A program made the position numbers and the translations under genes. Shown one piece after another: positions 1 through 10,605 of a stretch of 64,000 nucleotides of DNA. The DNA lies in the UHGV virus genome UHGV-1351569; one strand, 5' to 3'. Below the pieces are notes generated by a model, which was not told the DNA's origin, ran no database searches, and saw nothing but the letters and a program-made list of their open reading frames with translations. Position 1 is the stretch's first letter. Every line of letters begins with the position of its first letter. Origin of the DNA: a virus.

Positions 1-2516
1 GATTTTCCTTTAATAATAGGATAATAACAGTCATTGCCGACGTAGCCAAAATCTACAAATATCGGCGCTTCTTGTCGCCATTGGTTTGCCCAATCGCCAG
101 CTTGGTGCGCAGTCCAGTATGCTCCATTTATATAAAGACGATCCCTATTAAAATTAAAAGTAGCAGACCCTTGAGGAGATAAAGCAATTTCTCCGACCTC
201 ATTAATATTAACACCGCTGTTAGTTTGGAAACTGTAAAATGATATAGTATTATCGGCGCCGCCGTTACCAACATACCAGTTATCAACTCCTGCCTTTTGT
301 CCTTTCATATAACCGGATTCGCTTGCAGCACTGTTAATAACAATAACATCCGAGTTGGCATTAAGAGTTAATCGACCGGTCATCGTGTCGCCTTCTTTCG
401 AAACACGAGTCGCAATAGCATCGCGAATATTTGTAGTATCACCGGCAGAAGTAAACGTTTTCCAGATATCAGACCAGATATTACCATTGCGAGCAATAGT
501 AGCTTCACCGCCGCCGACCTGAACGTTATCCGGGAAGTTAACAGTACCGTCTTGATTAAAACGAGACGTATGGCCTTGTGAACCATCTTCTTTCAGATGA
601 TGAATAACGAATGTACCCGAATTAATTTCAGTACCTAAAGACCAAACGGCTTTACCATTTAAAAACTTCTGTTTAACAATAGGATAATATTTGCTTATAG
701 CATCATCATCAATTTCCTGGAAAATAGGAGCCGCTTGAACATATTGAATGTCATAACCGCCGGCACCCGCTCCATGACCAACAAATTTAATATAACCGTT
801 AGCAGCAAACGTATTGTAACTTGATTGTAAATCTGGAATAGTAACTTTACCGGTATCTAAAGCCATACTAAACGGGCGAAGTGGACCGATATCACCATGT
901 TTACCTTCACCATAAGCAGTTGGAATAATATGAAGACTACCTTCTGAACGTCTAAAAATAGCTCCATAATCTGCGTTCCAAATACGAAGCGCATTCACAG
1001 CCCCAGATGAAATTTCGCCCGTTGTGTGAACTCCTCTATTTCCAGCAGTAACACCAGATGATTCAAATGAGCCATTGACGTTCATTTCTACTTCACCGGT
1101 AGTAAGTCTTTGAATATAGCTCATCCAGCTAGTTGCATCAGAAATTTCTATGACATTTTTACGGGTGCCTTCACTAGGATTAGTAAACGTATTACCCCAT
1201 ACAGAAATTGTCATATTATCAACTGAACTACTACCAGTGGTGTTACCTCTAAACATCAATGTAGAAGCATTATTTCTACCATCGATATTAACAGAACCAC
1301 CAATAACATCAATATTACCAGGAGTGACTAATAAACCGCCGTGAGTATTAATGTTTGTAGTACCCTTACCACGGAAATAATGATGATAATTACCGCCTTG
1401 ATAATATCCCAAAAGAGTCTGACCATCTCCAAACGCGTTATTATCATGATATGTAACGACAGTAGCGAGAGCATAGTTTTCAGTAGGAGGAGTAGTTAAA
1501 TCGGTTCCGTTAGTAGAATATCCAGCTACAAATTTTCTTAGGCTAGTTGTTTCGCTGGGACTAAATAAAAACGTTTTTGTTCCATTATTAACGCTGAAAT
1601 AATATCCGTCCTGATGCCATTTAAATCCGGTATCATTATCCCCAAGAACAATTGAGGCCGTTCCTAATTCAGAATATCCTTTTGGACCGCCTGGAGTACC
1701 TATAGAAATAGAATGACCCGCTTTCAACCCACCGGACCACGTAAACGACCAAAGATAAGCCTCCAACCCGTCACCGGCATACCAGGTTATCCCATCATTA
1801 TCTTTAACTTCATGGAAAATACCAGAACCAACGGCATTACGCATGACACGAAGATGATTAATAGCAGTAGTGCTTTCAGATAATGGGGTGTTATTTGCTA
1901 ATGAATAGATATCATAATCGCCTGCCTTCTTCCCGTCTGTAATGACTTTGTCGGTCAGAATTTGTGGAGACGAAATAGATTTCCATGCTGATACTTCAGG
2001 TGAAGTAAATAGGCCACTGCCTGAAAATGCATAAGTGCTTTCGCTACCAGCGGCATAGTCTTGAACCCTGATATTAAGTACTTGTGTAGTTAAACCGTCA
2101 TTAGCCGGGGCATAAATGATTCCACGTTCGCGACTATTGCCATCGAAAAAACGAACATGCGCTGTACCTGAACTTTTTGTAATAAGTTCTCCGCCTTCAG
2201 TCATAATCTGCCCGGCGGCAATAATATCACGAGTTACTCGAGCAATACCAGTTAAATTAAAATTACCTGTCTGAGTGAAGGTGCCATTTAAAGTATAATC
2301 ACCAGTTTGATTATAGTTTCCTATATGAATAACATTCCCGTCAATGCTACCGCCTTTAGCAAAACCCAGATCAATAATATTTCCTTGGTCATCTTTAGTA
2401 AAAAGTACACGGTCTTTTAAGTTTATAGCCAATTCACCTTCGGCTAATACTGAAGCGGCAGGACGCGCTCCTGCGGTTTTGCTTCTTTTAAATTGTATTT
2501 GTTTTAAAGTAGCCAT
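1..2516 (-). CDS. 37: long tail fibre distal subunit gp37, N-terminal ~838 codons; 3' end lies beyond window start
   Basis: Minus-strand ATG at 2516-2514; revcomp of 2461-2516 translates MATLKQIQFKRSKTAGARP, matching T-even gp37 N-terminus. No stop-bounded ORF in the track for this frame, so frame is open to the edge. Follows gene 36. Confidence 0.9.
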   Translation of the reverse strand, partial: MATLKQIQFKRSKTAGARPAASVLAEGELAINLKDRVLFTKDDQGNIIDLGFAKGGSIDGNVIHIGNYNQTGDYTLNGTFTQTGNFNLTGIARVTRDIIAAGQIMTEGGELITKSSGTAHVRFFDGNSRERGIIYAPANDGLTTQVLNIRVQDYAAGSESTYAFSGSGLFTSPEVSAWKSISSPQILTDKVITDGKKAGDYDIYSLANNTPLSESTTAINHLRVMRNAVGSGIFHEVKDNDGITWYAGDGLEAYLWSFTWSGGLKAGHSISIGTPGGPKGYSELGTASIVLGDNDTGFKWHQDGYYFSVNNGTKTFLFSPSETTSLRKFVAGYSTNGTDLTTPPTENYALATVVTYHDNNAFGDGQTLLGYYQGGNYHHYFRGKGTTNINTHGGLLVTPGNIDVIGGSVNIDGRNNASTLMFRGNTTGSSSVDNMTISVWGNTFTNPSEGTRKNVIEISDATSWMSYIQRLTTGEVEMNVNGSFESSGVTAGNRGVHTTGEISSGAVNALRIWNADYGAIFRRSEGSLHIIPTAYGEGKHGDIGPLRPFSMALDTGKVTIPDLQSSYNTFAANGYIKFVGHGAGAGGYDIQYVQAAPIFQEIDDDAISKYYPIVKQKFLNGKAVWSLGTEINSGTFVIHHLKEDGSQGHTSRFNQDGTVNFPDNVQVGGGEATIARNGNIWSDIWKTFTSAGDTTNIRDAIATRVSKEGDTMTGRLTLNANSDVIVINSAASESGYMKGQKAGVDNWYVGNGGADNTISFYSFQTNSGVNINEVGEIALSPQGSATFNFNRDRLYINGAYWTAHQAGDWANQWRQEAPIFVDFGYVGNDCYYPIIKGK

Positions 2517-2524
2517 AAGTCCTC

Positions 2525-3181
2525 TTAATAATAGCCGAAATCTTGAACAGAATCCTTAATAACAATTTGATCAAATCGTGGAACATGTGAGGGTTGAGAT
2601 GCAGGATTCTGTGAAAAAAGGTTTGGCGCAGTTAAATTTCCTGTCATAGTGTCTCCAGAGCGTAATACCCTAGAGTTTGCGTTTGCTGTAACAATATTTA
2701 TTGCTCCATCAACATAATCTTTCCGCGTAAGGTCATAATTATTTACTGGTGATAACGAAGTTACACGGATTTGTGATGCTTCAATTACGCCCTTTGAGCT
2801 AATATCTCCATTTCGTGTGTTAATTACTACAGTTCTACCTGCTGTTCCTTGTGATGATTTAAAACCAATACCATACCACGAAACAATATCCATATTTGTA
2901 GTATCATACGTGGCACTATCACCAGGACCAGCAAAAATACCATTATCGCCTGACCCTGCGCCAGGAACAGTCATTCCTTTATTAAAAATTACTTTATTTA
3001 AATAAGTACCACCATTAGCTTTAGAAACAAAATCGTTATCAGCAGCCTGCGGTTTGTTATATTCTGAATATATTTTAAATGATTTATAGAGTACATCGTC
3101 ACCGGCTGGATTCAATGGAAAATTTCCTTGATGCCAAATGACAGAGCCTCCGGTTGTTGAACCTACTTTTAAATCAGCCAT
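2525..3181 (-). CDS. 36: long tail fibre distal connector gp36
   Basis: Track ORF 218 aa, MADLKVGSTTGG...; size and position between 35 and 37 as in T4. Confidence 0.9.
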   Translation of the reverse strand: MADLKVGSTTGGSVIWHQGNFPLNPAGDDVLYKSFKIYSEYNKPQAADNDFVSKANGGTYLNKVIFNKGMTVPGAGSGDNGIFAGPGDSATYDTTNMDIVSWYGIGFKSSQGTAGRTVVINTRNGDISSKGVIEASQIRVTSLSPVNNYDLTRKDYVDGAINIVTANANSRVLRSGDTMTGNLTAPNLFSQNPASQPSHVPRFDQIVIKDSVQDFGYY

Positions 3182-3204
3182 TGTATGCCCCTTTATTTTA
3201 ATAG

Positions 3205-3212
3205 TATTTATA
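3205..3212 (-). promoter_or_regulatory. late promoter TATAAATA for gene 36
   Basis: Plus-strand TATTTATA 24 nt upstream of the gene 36 ATG. Confidence 0.65.
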
Positions 3213-3238
3213 AAGAAAAAGGGAACCCGAAGGCTCCC
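3211..3238 (-). terminator. rho-independent terminator after gene 35
   Basis: Minus transcript GGGAGCC-uucg-GGUUCCC (one G-U pair) followed by UUUUUCUUU. Confidence 0.7.
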
Positions 3239-3243
3239 TCAAT

Positions 3244-4362
3244 TTAAACTTCTCTAAATTCTTGTCCAAACACTTTACCAGTTTTAGACGATGTTTGTGT
3301 AGGAAGTACCATTATATTTGGAGGTGAAGCAGATTCACAGACATAATTAACTCTAATACCATTGACGCCAAATTCTGCAGGTTTTGAAATTCCGCCATTT
3401 CTTGATACTTCAGAAAAACTTAAATTCCTCATACCACCTTGACCTGCTTGCGCAGTTCTTTGTGCATATATCGTAAATCCTACTGCATTTTCTGGAATAA
3501 CTACATAATCTTCCTTTAATTCCCATGACCCAGCTTGTCCAGTAAACTCAGCATGTGTTGAAGAAATATATCCATTTGATGCATCATAAAAACGAATGGA
3601 TATATTTGTAGTTCCAAGATCAAGTAAATCAGCATCAGCATATAACTGTGCTTTAAGATAAAGAACATCGCCAGGAATTAAATTGTAGTCAGAAAGTTTA
3701 CTTATCGCGGATGAAGTTGGTAATCGCGCAATTTCGTTATTAGTTCCACCAACTGCTGACATAAATTGCTCGACACTTTCATATGTTCTTTTAGGAAATC
3801 CTGTAGCTCCGACGTCTTCTAAACTATCAAATACAACATCTAAAATAGTTTGATAGTCATCTGTGCTTTTTCTATTACTTAGTTTAACATGTTCTAATGC
3901 AATAGCTCTTTTAGAAGAAGTGTAAAAAGCGGCATATGATACGTCAAATCTTGACAATATAGAATCAGATGGAAAAGCAGACGTTCCGGCGGTTCTTAAC
4001 CAAGATACTACTTCAGGAGGAAAATTAACCTTTCCGTTAGTTAATATAGCAACAATTCGATTATTCGTCAAAGAATTCATGAAACTAACAAAAGCAGCAG
4101 ATGTTGTATCATTTGAAGTCGAAAAAGCATATGACTTACTATCAACTAATGCTCCTGTAGAAGGGTCAAAAACTCTTAAATGAAGTCCTGCGCTAAATGT
4201 TTGACTTCCAACAGGATTATCCTGAAATTTAACGTATGGTCCTTCTGCAGTAGAAAGCGGGCAAGAACCCGCTATACTTATTTTATATCTTACTGAATTG
4301 CTTTCCGATAAAAATGGCGTTTGGACATATCCTTGTCCAAACTCTGCCATAAATTTTTCCAT
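3244..4362 (-). CDS. 35: long tail fibre hinge protein gp35
   Basis: Track ORF 372 aa (T4 gp35 is 372 aa); position between 34 and 36. Confidence 0.9.
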   Translation of the reverse strand: MEKFMAEFGQGYVQTPFLSESNSVRYKISIAGSCPLSTAEGPYVKFQDNPVGSQTFSAGLHLRVFDPSTGALVDSKSYAFSTSNDTTSAAFVSFMNSLTNNRIVAILTNGKVNFPPEVVSWLRTAGTSAFPSDSILSRFDVSYAAFYTSSKRAIALEHVKLSNRKSTDDYQTILDVVFDSLEDVGATGFPKRTYESVEQFMSAVGGTNNEIARLPTSSAISKLSDYNLIPGDVLYLKAQLYADADLLDLGTTNISIRFYDASNGYISSTHAEFTGQAGSWELKEDYVVIPENAVGFTIYAQRTAQAGQGGMRNLSFSEVSRNGGISKPAEFGVNGIRVNYVCESASPPNIMVLPTQTSSKTGKVFGQEFREV

Positions 4363-4370
4363 AATACCTC

Positions 4371-7300
4371 TTATTCAACCCATTCAAATTTAACCGTTTT
4401 ATTCACTGGGTCAGGAATAATGCGAACATTACCAATTCGTAAGAAATCACGAATAGTAAGATTCCCCATTATAGCATTATCAGATGGTAAAGCACCGATA
4501 TCAGATGGCTGAGGAGGGTTACCTCCATCAAATACCTGAACAAAGCTTGACCAAGAATTTTTGGTTTTCTGCCATGTACGCGTCCAGCGAGTGGTGCGCG
4601 CTTCTGGGGTCGTTGGATAAGTAATCCAATCTTGGTAAAGCGAATCAAGTGTGTTACCAAACTGAGTCAATGTACCAGGAGATTTAACTTCTTCACCACG
4701 TTCTAAGTATGGAAGTCCAGTCACTTCATTAGTTTTTTCAACCATCTTAAAATAACCTGGGAACTGGTTATAAGTGGCTGAATCATTAATATCGATTGAC
4801 CAGAATCCTACAGTATCAGATGTTGGCACACGAGTATATAAATCAGAGGTTTTAGTACCCTGAGAACGAATTCTCGAGTTAACAGTTAAACCGCCTGAAT
4901 TTATAGTAGCACCTTTGGCAATAATTAAGCTTTCGCCAATCGTTACTTGGCCAGATGCATTATTAATAGCTAAAGGACGTAATCCATTAAATCCACCAGT
5001 CTGATCACCCGATGCAGTAAGCATAAAATTCGTTACTGATCCATCATTGCGAACAATGAAACCATAATTTCCGTTAATAGCACGGAAAGCATTTGCGCTT
5101 CGAGAAATAATTTCACCAGTTGCAGTGACTGAATTACCAAATGTTGCTACGCCATTTGCATTCAATGTTCCTGAAGCATTAACATTTATCGGTGTTACTG
5201 TACCGTTGATATTAAATGTTATATTTCCGGCTTTATTGCGCTGAGAATAAAAATGACTAGATGTTTCATCACTAACTTCAAATACGGTAGAACGTGTTGT
5301 ATCTAATTCCCCACTAAATTGATTTCCCCACACTCTAACAGTCATCGTTTGGGCTGGGTTTGTTCCAGTTTGAGGTCCTTTCTCAAAAATCAATCGAGTT
5401 GCTGTTCCAGTATTAGAAATAGTTAATGTACTATTTGCTGAAACTGATCCACCGAACGTAGCAGTACTAGATGATACAAGAGGGGCACTCAGATTCGTTT
5501 GTTGGGTTAAGGTTAGTGAACCATTAACTGTCTGCGCAATATCCCTACGAATGAACTGAGATGAATCTAGACCATCCAATAAATTTGTATCAGCAGCTTT
5601 TGCTTTTAACGGCAGATAATTTGCTAATACACGGTTTAATTCATATGGTGATACTGCATAGCTATTTTTCTCATATGATTCTAATGGCTGTGTTGAACCT
5701 ACCGTATCATTACCAACGAATGTAATTGAACCAGATGAAGTTTTAACAAAACCTCTTATCAGAGTAGTTGCTGCCCAAGTAGGTTCACTCTGCACAATCC
5801 ATTTTAAATTTTTTGGAGATACAGCAGTATTTGCTGACGTTCCAGCTACAGTTTCAACTTGAGTTGCAACTTTAATAACGCCTTCTTGTGCTTCAGTAGA
5901 TTTAGTACCTAAAAGCTTTTTAGGAGTTATTAGAACATTATCTAATGCTCCTGCAGCAGCTTCAACTTGTGTAGCTACACGAAGTGTACCACGCTGTGTC
6001 TCATTTGCTTCAAGAATATTAAGGGTATAATGGTCCCAGAGAGTTCCTGATTCAACTAATCCAGATAGAGCAACAACAGAAGTACGATCAGTACTATCAA
6101 ATCTAGTTTTAATTTTTAATGGTGTAGAGATACGAGTATCGTCGACGCCTGCGTCGAATTCAACTTGTGTAGCAATTTCAGCTATACCACTTAAACTTTC
6201 AGTTGCTATACGGTCATTTAAAGTTTTCGGAGTGACTGCACGAGTATAATCAGTTCCTGTATTAACTTCACTTTGCGTAGCAATTTCAATTAAACCAATT
6301 CTTGCATCAGTTGATGTCTTTTTATGTAACGTTTCTGGCGTTACAACCGCATTTGCCCATCCTTCTTGGCTTTGTCCAGCAATTACTTCACTTTCAACTG
6401 CTAAAATTACTGCACCTTGCTGTGTTGGAGTAGCTTTATACTGATCCAAAGCTTTAGGCGAAACAACTAAATTATTAGTGTTTTTATTATAAACATTTGT
6501 ACCATTTAATTCACGACTAGAAGCTGGAGTAGCTCCTGCGGTAGATACAAAGGTTACAATACCAGATAATGTTTCAGAACCTTGACGAGCTTGAAGCTTT
6601 TTAGGAGTGATGATTGCAGTATCATCAGTACCTGCGTTAGTTTCTTGCTGCGTAGCAATTTCAGCAACACCTCTGCGAGTTTCTGTGGCTGTTCTTTCAT
6701 TCAGCTTTTTAGGAGTGATGATAATATCGTCAGCAAAAGAGAATGTAGTATCCTGATTCACTTGAGCAGTGGTTGCTATTCTTGCGATACCTCTACGAGT
6801 TTCTGTAGCAGTACGGTTAGCTAATGTTTCTGGAGTAATTGCTAATTCTTTTTGTGGAGAATTTTCTAAATCGACGTTAGCTTGAGCTTGTGTAGCTAAA
6901 GCAATTACGCCTAATCTTGCTCTAGTAGAATCATTTAAAGAATCAACTCTTTCTACAGTTGGAACATTTTGTTGCACAACCCAGTATTTTCCATCAGAAT
7001 CTTCTATATAAGCAAGTTGTAAAACTGGAACATAATTAGTTTCACCATTAAAAACTAATTCTTGAACTGTTACCCATTCAGCCTCAGGTGGATATTCTGA
7101 ACGTTTTGGGAATTGCAACAATTGAACTGAAGAAGCAATTTTATCTTCACCGGCAGCTTTGATTTTAACTGTTTGGCCTTTTCTCATGTAATTCATGGAA
7201 ATTTTAACAGTATCACCAACAGAAATATTAGTTGGAAGCTGAAGTTCAATTGTTTGAGTTGTTCCGTTATTCGCACCAAATACCATAACTTCTTCATTTG

Positions 7301-8240
7301 GACGAATACTAGAATTAGTTGTTATAATACGTAAACGTGCTTTACTATCCCCGTCAAACAATCTCCACAATTTTTCGTTATCATCATACATCAAGAAACC
7401 ATCAATCGATGTACGACCTTCAATGGAATGAGTTCCAACTTCTTGTACAGAAGTAGTTTCATCGTATGTAGTAACAATTGTATGATAAAGCGGATTTAGT
7501 TTATCTAAATCGACGAAATTAATAATATCGCCGTGATTAGCAAATCTCGGAAGTTTAATATTAATCGCCGCGGCTGAAGTAAATCTACGCACGATAAAAT
7601 CGTTAGATTGCGCCTGATAAAGACTTGCCGGTGTTACAACTACAGCTTCTCTGCTATAATCAGCAACATACATTTGCCACAGACGATTACTAAAAATTAA
7701 AACTATCTGCGATTTTGGATGAGTCATTAGTACTGATCGTACTTGCTGACCTCTAAAATTTACAATGCTTTGCACCGGAGCGGTAATTAAAACTTGGTTA
7801 ACTCCAGGTTTTCCTCCAATGTCTTGGAGAACGATAGTATCTCCATCAATTGGGGAAGATGGTAAAGTAAATGTAATGTCATTACCGGCTGCAGTATCAA
7901 CTGAAATTGATTCACCTGACTTTAATTGATAAGGTCCTGATGAAACAGTTGTCCAGTTTGCATCAGTACGTAATGCTCTCCAACGTACGCTATTAAAAGC
8001 TCCCGCTGGTTTTGGAATATCATTTATAGCAGCCCAAAAGCGGTTATCATAAATGATTACAAAATCTTTTAAATATCCACGAGTTGGATCATATTGTTGA
8101 ACTGTGTTTTCTTGAATTAAGTAATCAACGTTAACACCGTCAGTTCCTACGGCACGATCAGCTAAAGCTACGTTGATTATTTTATCGCCACCTGCGTCCA
8201 GACCATCTTCTGCTCTGAACTTTCTTTTAATCTCGGCCAT
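4371..8240 (-). CDS. 34: long tail fibre proximal subunit gp34
   Basis: Track ORF 1289 aa (same length as T4 gp34); N-term MAEIKRKFRAEDGLDAGGDKI; internal ~40 aa fibrous repeats. Confidence 0.95.
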   Translation of the reverse strand: MAEIKRKFRAEDGLDAGGDKIINVALADRAVGTDGVNVDYLIQENTVQQYDPTRGYLKDFVIIYDNRFWAAINDIPKPAGAFNSVRWRALRTDANWTTVSSGPYQLKSGESISVDTAAGNDITFTLPSSPIDGDTIVLQDIGGKPGVNQVLITAPVQSIVNFRGQQVRSVLMTHPKSQIVLIFSNRLWQMYVADYSREAVVVTPASLYQAQSNDFIVRRFTSAAAINIKLPRFANHGDIINFVDLDKLNPLYHTIVTTYDETTSVQEVGTHSIEGRTSIDGFLMYDDNEKLWRLFDGDSKARLRIITTNSSIRPNEEVMVFGANNGTTQTIELQLPTNISVGDTVKISMNYMRKGQTVKIKAAGEDKIASSVQLLQFPKRSEYPPEAEWVTVQELVFNGETNYVPVLQLAYIEDSDGKYWVVQQNVPTVERVDSLNDSTRARLGVIALATQAQANVDLENSPQKELAITPETLANRTATETRRGIARIATTAQVNQDTTFSFADDIIITPKKLNERTATETRRGVAEIATQQETNAGTDDTAIITPKKLQARQGSETLSGIVTFVSTAGATPASSRELNGTNVYNKNTNNLVVSPKALDQYKATPTQQGAVILAVESEVIAGQSQEGWANAVVTPETLHKKTSTDARIGLIEIATQSEVNTGTDYTRAVTPKTLNDRIATESLSGIAEIATQVEFDAGVDDTRISTPLKIKTRFDSTDRTSVVALSGLVESGTLWDHYTLNILEANETQRGTLRVATQVEAAAGALDNVLITPKKLLGTKSTEAQEGVIKVATQVETVAGTSANTAVSPKNLKWIVQSEPTWAATTLIRGFVKTSSGSITFVGNDTVGSTQPLESYEKNSYAVSPYELNRVLANYLPLKAKAADTNLLDGLDSSQFIRRDIAQTVNGSLTLTQQTNLSAPLVSSSTATFGGSVSANSTLTISNTGTATRLIFEKGPQTGTNPAQTMTVRVWGNQFSGELDTTRSTVFEVSDETSSHFYSQRNKAGNITFNINGTVTPINVNASGTLNANGVATFGNSVTATGEIISRSANAFRAINGNYGFIVRNDGSVTNFMLTASGDQTGGFNGLRPLAINNASGQVTIGESLIIAKGATINSGGLTVNSRIRSQGTKTSDLYTRVPTSDTVGFWSIDINDSATYNQFPGYFKMVEKTNEVTGLPYLERGEEVKSPGTLTQFGNTLDSLYQDWITYPTTPEARTTRWTRTWQKTKNSWSSFVQVFDGGNPPQPSDIGALPSDNAIMGNLTIRDFLRIGNVRIIPDPVNKTVKFEWVE

Positions 8241-8274
8241 TCTCCCGGGCTCCTATTGTGTTTTCAATAATAAG

Positions 8275-8282
8275 TATTTATA
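8275..8282 (-). promoter_or_regulatory. late promoter TATAAATA for gene 34
   Basis: Plus-strand TATTTATA about 35 nt upstream of the gene 34 ATG. Confidence 0.6.
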
Positions 8283-8285
8283 CTT

Positions 8286-8315
8286 GTTTACTTTAAGATT
8301 CAGATGGTATATAAT
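8286..8315 (+). promoter_or_regulatory. T4-type early promoter for rnh
   Basis: GTTTAC 8286-91, 18 nt spacer ending TGG, TATAAT 8310-15; divergent from the gene 34 late promoter. Confidence 0.6.
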
Positions 8316-8344
8316 AGAAATCTCACTAATTGAACGAGGTTCAT

Positions 8345-9262
8345 ATGGATTTAGAAATGATGCTGGATGAAGATTACAAAGAAGGAATTTGCTTAATTGA
8401 CTTTAGTCAAATTGCGCTTTCAACTGCTCTGGTAAACTTCCCAGATAAAGAAAAAATTAATTTATCAATGGTTCGTCATTTGATATTGAACTCAATTAAG
8501 TTTAATGTCAAAAAAGCAAAAACTCTTGGATACACTAAAATTGTGCTGTGTATTGATAACGCGAAATCTGGATATTGGCGTCGTGATTTCGCGTATTATT
8601 ATAAGAAAAACCGTGGAAAAGCACGAGAAGAATCTACTTGGGACTGGGAAGGTTATTTTGAATCCAGTCATAAAGTCATAGATGAATTGAAAGCTTATAT
8701 GCCATACATTGTTATGGATATTGATAAGTATGAAGCAGATGACCACATTGCTGTTCTTGTTAAAAAGTTTTCTTTAGAAGGACACAAGATTTTAATCATT
8801 TCATCGGATGGTGACTTTACACAGCTTCATAAATACCCAAATGTTAAGCAATGGTCACCGATGCATAAGAAATGGGTTAAAATTAAAAGCGGTTCTGCTG
8901 AAATTGACTGTATGACTAAAATCCTTAAAGGCGATAAAAAGGATAACGTTGCTTCAGTTAAAGTACGATCTGACTTTTGGTTTACCAGAGTTGAAGGTGA
9001 ACGAACTCCTTCAATGAAAACATCTGTTGTTGAAGCTATTGCTAATGACCGTGAGCAAGCTAAGGTGCTTCTCACCGAATCTGAATATAATCGATATAAA
9101 GAAAATTTAGTTCTAATTGATTTTGATTATATTCCTGATAATATTGCTTCAAACATTGTGAATTACTATAATTCATATAAATTACCACCGCGCGGCAAAA
9201 TTTATTCATATTTTGTAAAAGCGGGTCTTTCTAAATTAACTAATAGCATTAATGAATTTTGA
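8345..9262 (+). CDS. rnh: RNase H (5'-3' exonuclease / flap endonuclease)
   Basis: Track ORF starts at TTG 8330; ATG at 8345 gives 305 aa MDLEMMLDEDYKEGICLIDFSQ..., matching T4 RNase H. Confidence 0.95.
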   Translation: MDLEMMLDEDYKEGICLIDFSQIALSTALVNFPDKEKINLSMVRHLILNSIKFNVKKAKTLGYTKIVLCIDNAKSGYWRRDFAYYYKKNRGKAREESTWDWEGYFESSHKVIDELKAYMPYIVMDIDKYEADDHIAVLVKKFSLEGHKILIISSDGDFTQLHKYPNVKQWSPMHKKWVKIKSGSAEIDCMTKILKGDKKDNVASVKVRSDFWFTRVEGERTPSMKTSVVEAIANDREQAKVLLTESEYNRYKENLVLIDFDYIPDNIASNIVNYYNSYKLPPRGKIYSYFVKAGLSKLTNSINEF

Positions 9263-9270
9263 GGTGAATA

Positions 9271-9540
9271 ATGGCTAAAAAAGAAATGGTTGAATTTGAT
9301 GAAGCTATCCATGGCGAAGACTTGGCTAAATTTATTAAAGAAGCATCTGATCATAAACTGAAAATTTCCGGTTATAATGAACTGATTAAAGATATTCGAA
9401 TTCGCGCCAAAGATGAACTTGGCGTTGATGGTAAGATGTTTAATCGTCTGTTAGCTTTGTATCATAAAGATAACCGTGATGTGTTTGAAGCTGAAACTGA
9501 AGAGGTAGTTGAACTTTATGACACAGTTTTCTCTAAATGA
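9271..9540 (+). CDS. dsbA: late-transcription dsDNA-binding protein DsbA
   Basis: 89 aa MAKKEMVEFDEAIHGEDLAKFIKEASDHKLK; T4 DsbA size and position. Confidence 0.9.
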   Translation: MAKKEMVEFDEAIHGEDLAKFIKEASDHKLKISGYNELIKDIRIRAKDELGVDGKMFNRLLALYHKDNRDVFEAETEEVVELYDTVFSK

Positions 9541-9856
9541 TATTCGTCCGGTCGATGAGACCGGTCTTTCAGAAAAAGAACTTTCAATTAAGAAAGAAAA
9601 GGATGAAATTGCAAAGCTTCTTGACCGTCAAGAAAATGGATTTATTATTGAAAAAATGGTAGAAGATTTTGGAATGAGTTATCTTGAAGCTACAACAGCA
9701 TTCTTAGAAGAAAATTCTATTCCTGAAACTCAATTTGCTAAATTTATTCCTTCGGGTATAATTGAAAAAATTCAGTCAGAAGCTATTGACGAAAATCTTT
9801 TACGTCCTTCTGTTGTTCGTTGTGAAAAAACTAATACATTAGATTTTCTACTATGA
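9518..9856 (+). CDS. 33: late promoter transcription accessory protein gp33
   Basis: ATG at 9518 gives 112 aa MTQFSLNDIRPVDETGL...; track ORF starts at an upstream TTG. Confidence 0.9.
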   Translation: MTQFSLNDIRPVDETGLSEKELSIKKEKDEIAKLLDRQENGFIIEKMVEDFGMSYLEATTAFLEENSIPETQFAKFIPSGIIEKIQSEAIDENLLRPSVVRCEKTNTLDFLL

Positions 9857-10506
9857 TTAAACTCCGCATGCCTGCTGGTGGTGAAAGATACATTGATGGT
9901 AAATCAGTTTATAAATTATACTTAATGATAAAACAACATATGAATGGAAAGTATGATGTAATTAAGTATAATTGGTGCATGCGGGTGTCTGATGCCGCTT
10001 ATCAAAAGCGAAGGGATAAGTATTTTTTCCAGAAGTTATCAGAAAAATATAAATTAAAGGAACTTGCTTTAATCTTTATAAGCAATCTTGTTGCTAACCA
10101 AGATGCTTGGATTGGTGACATCTCTGACGCTGATGCACTTGTGTTTTATCGTGAATATATCGGACGCTTAAAGCAAATTAAATTTAAGTTTGAAGAAGAT
10201 ATTCGCAACATTTATTATTTTAGTAAAAAAGTTGAAGTTTCTGCTTTTAAAGAAATTTTTGAATATAATCCAAAAGTTCAATCAAGTTATATTTTTAAAC
10301 TTCTGCAATCGAACATAATTTCGTTTGAGACGTTTATCTTGCTTGATTCGTTTTTAAATATAATTGATAAACATGATGAACAAACTGATAATTTAGTTTG
10401 GAACAATTATTCTATAAAGTTAAAAGCTTATAGAAAAATTTTAAATATCGATTCACAGGAAGCTAAAAAAGTTTTTATTGAAACTGTGAAATCTTGTAAG
10501 TATTAA
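9853..10506 (+). CDS. 59: helicase loader gp59
   Basis: 217 aa MIKLRMPAGGERYIDGKSVYKLY...; T4 gp59 length and position directly upstream of gene 32. Confidence 0.95.
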   Translation: MIKLRMPAGGERYIDGKSVYKLYLMIKQHMNGKYDVIKYNWCMRVSDAAYQKRRDKYFFQKLSEKYKLKELALIFISNLVANQDAWIGDISDADALVFYREYIGRLKQIKFKFEEDIRNIYYFSKKVEVSAFKEIFEYNPKVQSSYIFKLLQSNIISFETFILLDSFLNIIDKHDEQTDNLVWNNYSIKLKAYRKILNIDSQEAKKVFIETVKSCKY

Positions 10507-10539
10507 TTGCTTATTATAAATAAATTATAATTATCTCAC

Positions 10540-10605
10540 TGACCAGCTATGAGGTCATACATCGTCATAGCACCAACTGTTAATTAAATTAAAAAGGAAA
10601 TAAAA
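10540..10605 (+). promoter_or_regulatory. gene 32 translational operator: pseudoknot plus unstructured A/U-rich leader
   Basis: TGACC (10540-44)/GGTCA (10553-57) and GCTATGA (10546-52)/TCATAGC (10565-71) form interleaved stems; A/T-rich tract with SD AAGGA runs to the ATG at 10606. Matches the known gp32 autoregulatory site. Confidence 0.85.

Noticed and set aside
6582-6824. 80 aa plus-strand ORF inside gene 34
   Set aside because: Antisense to a strongly supported 1289 aa tail fibre gene; no start context; typical spurious ORF.
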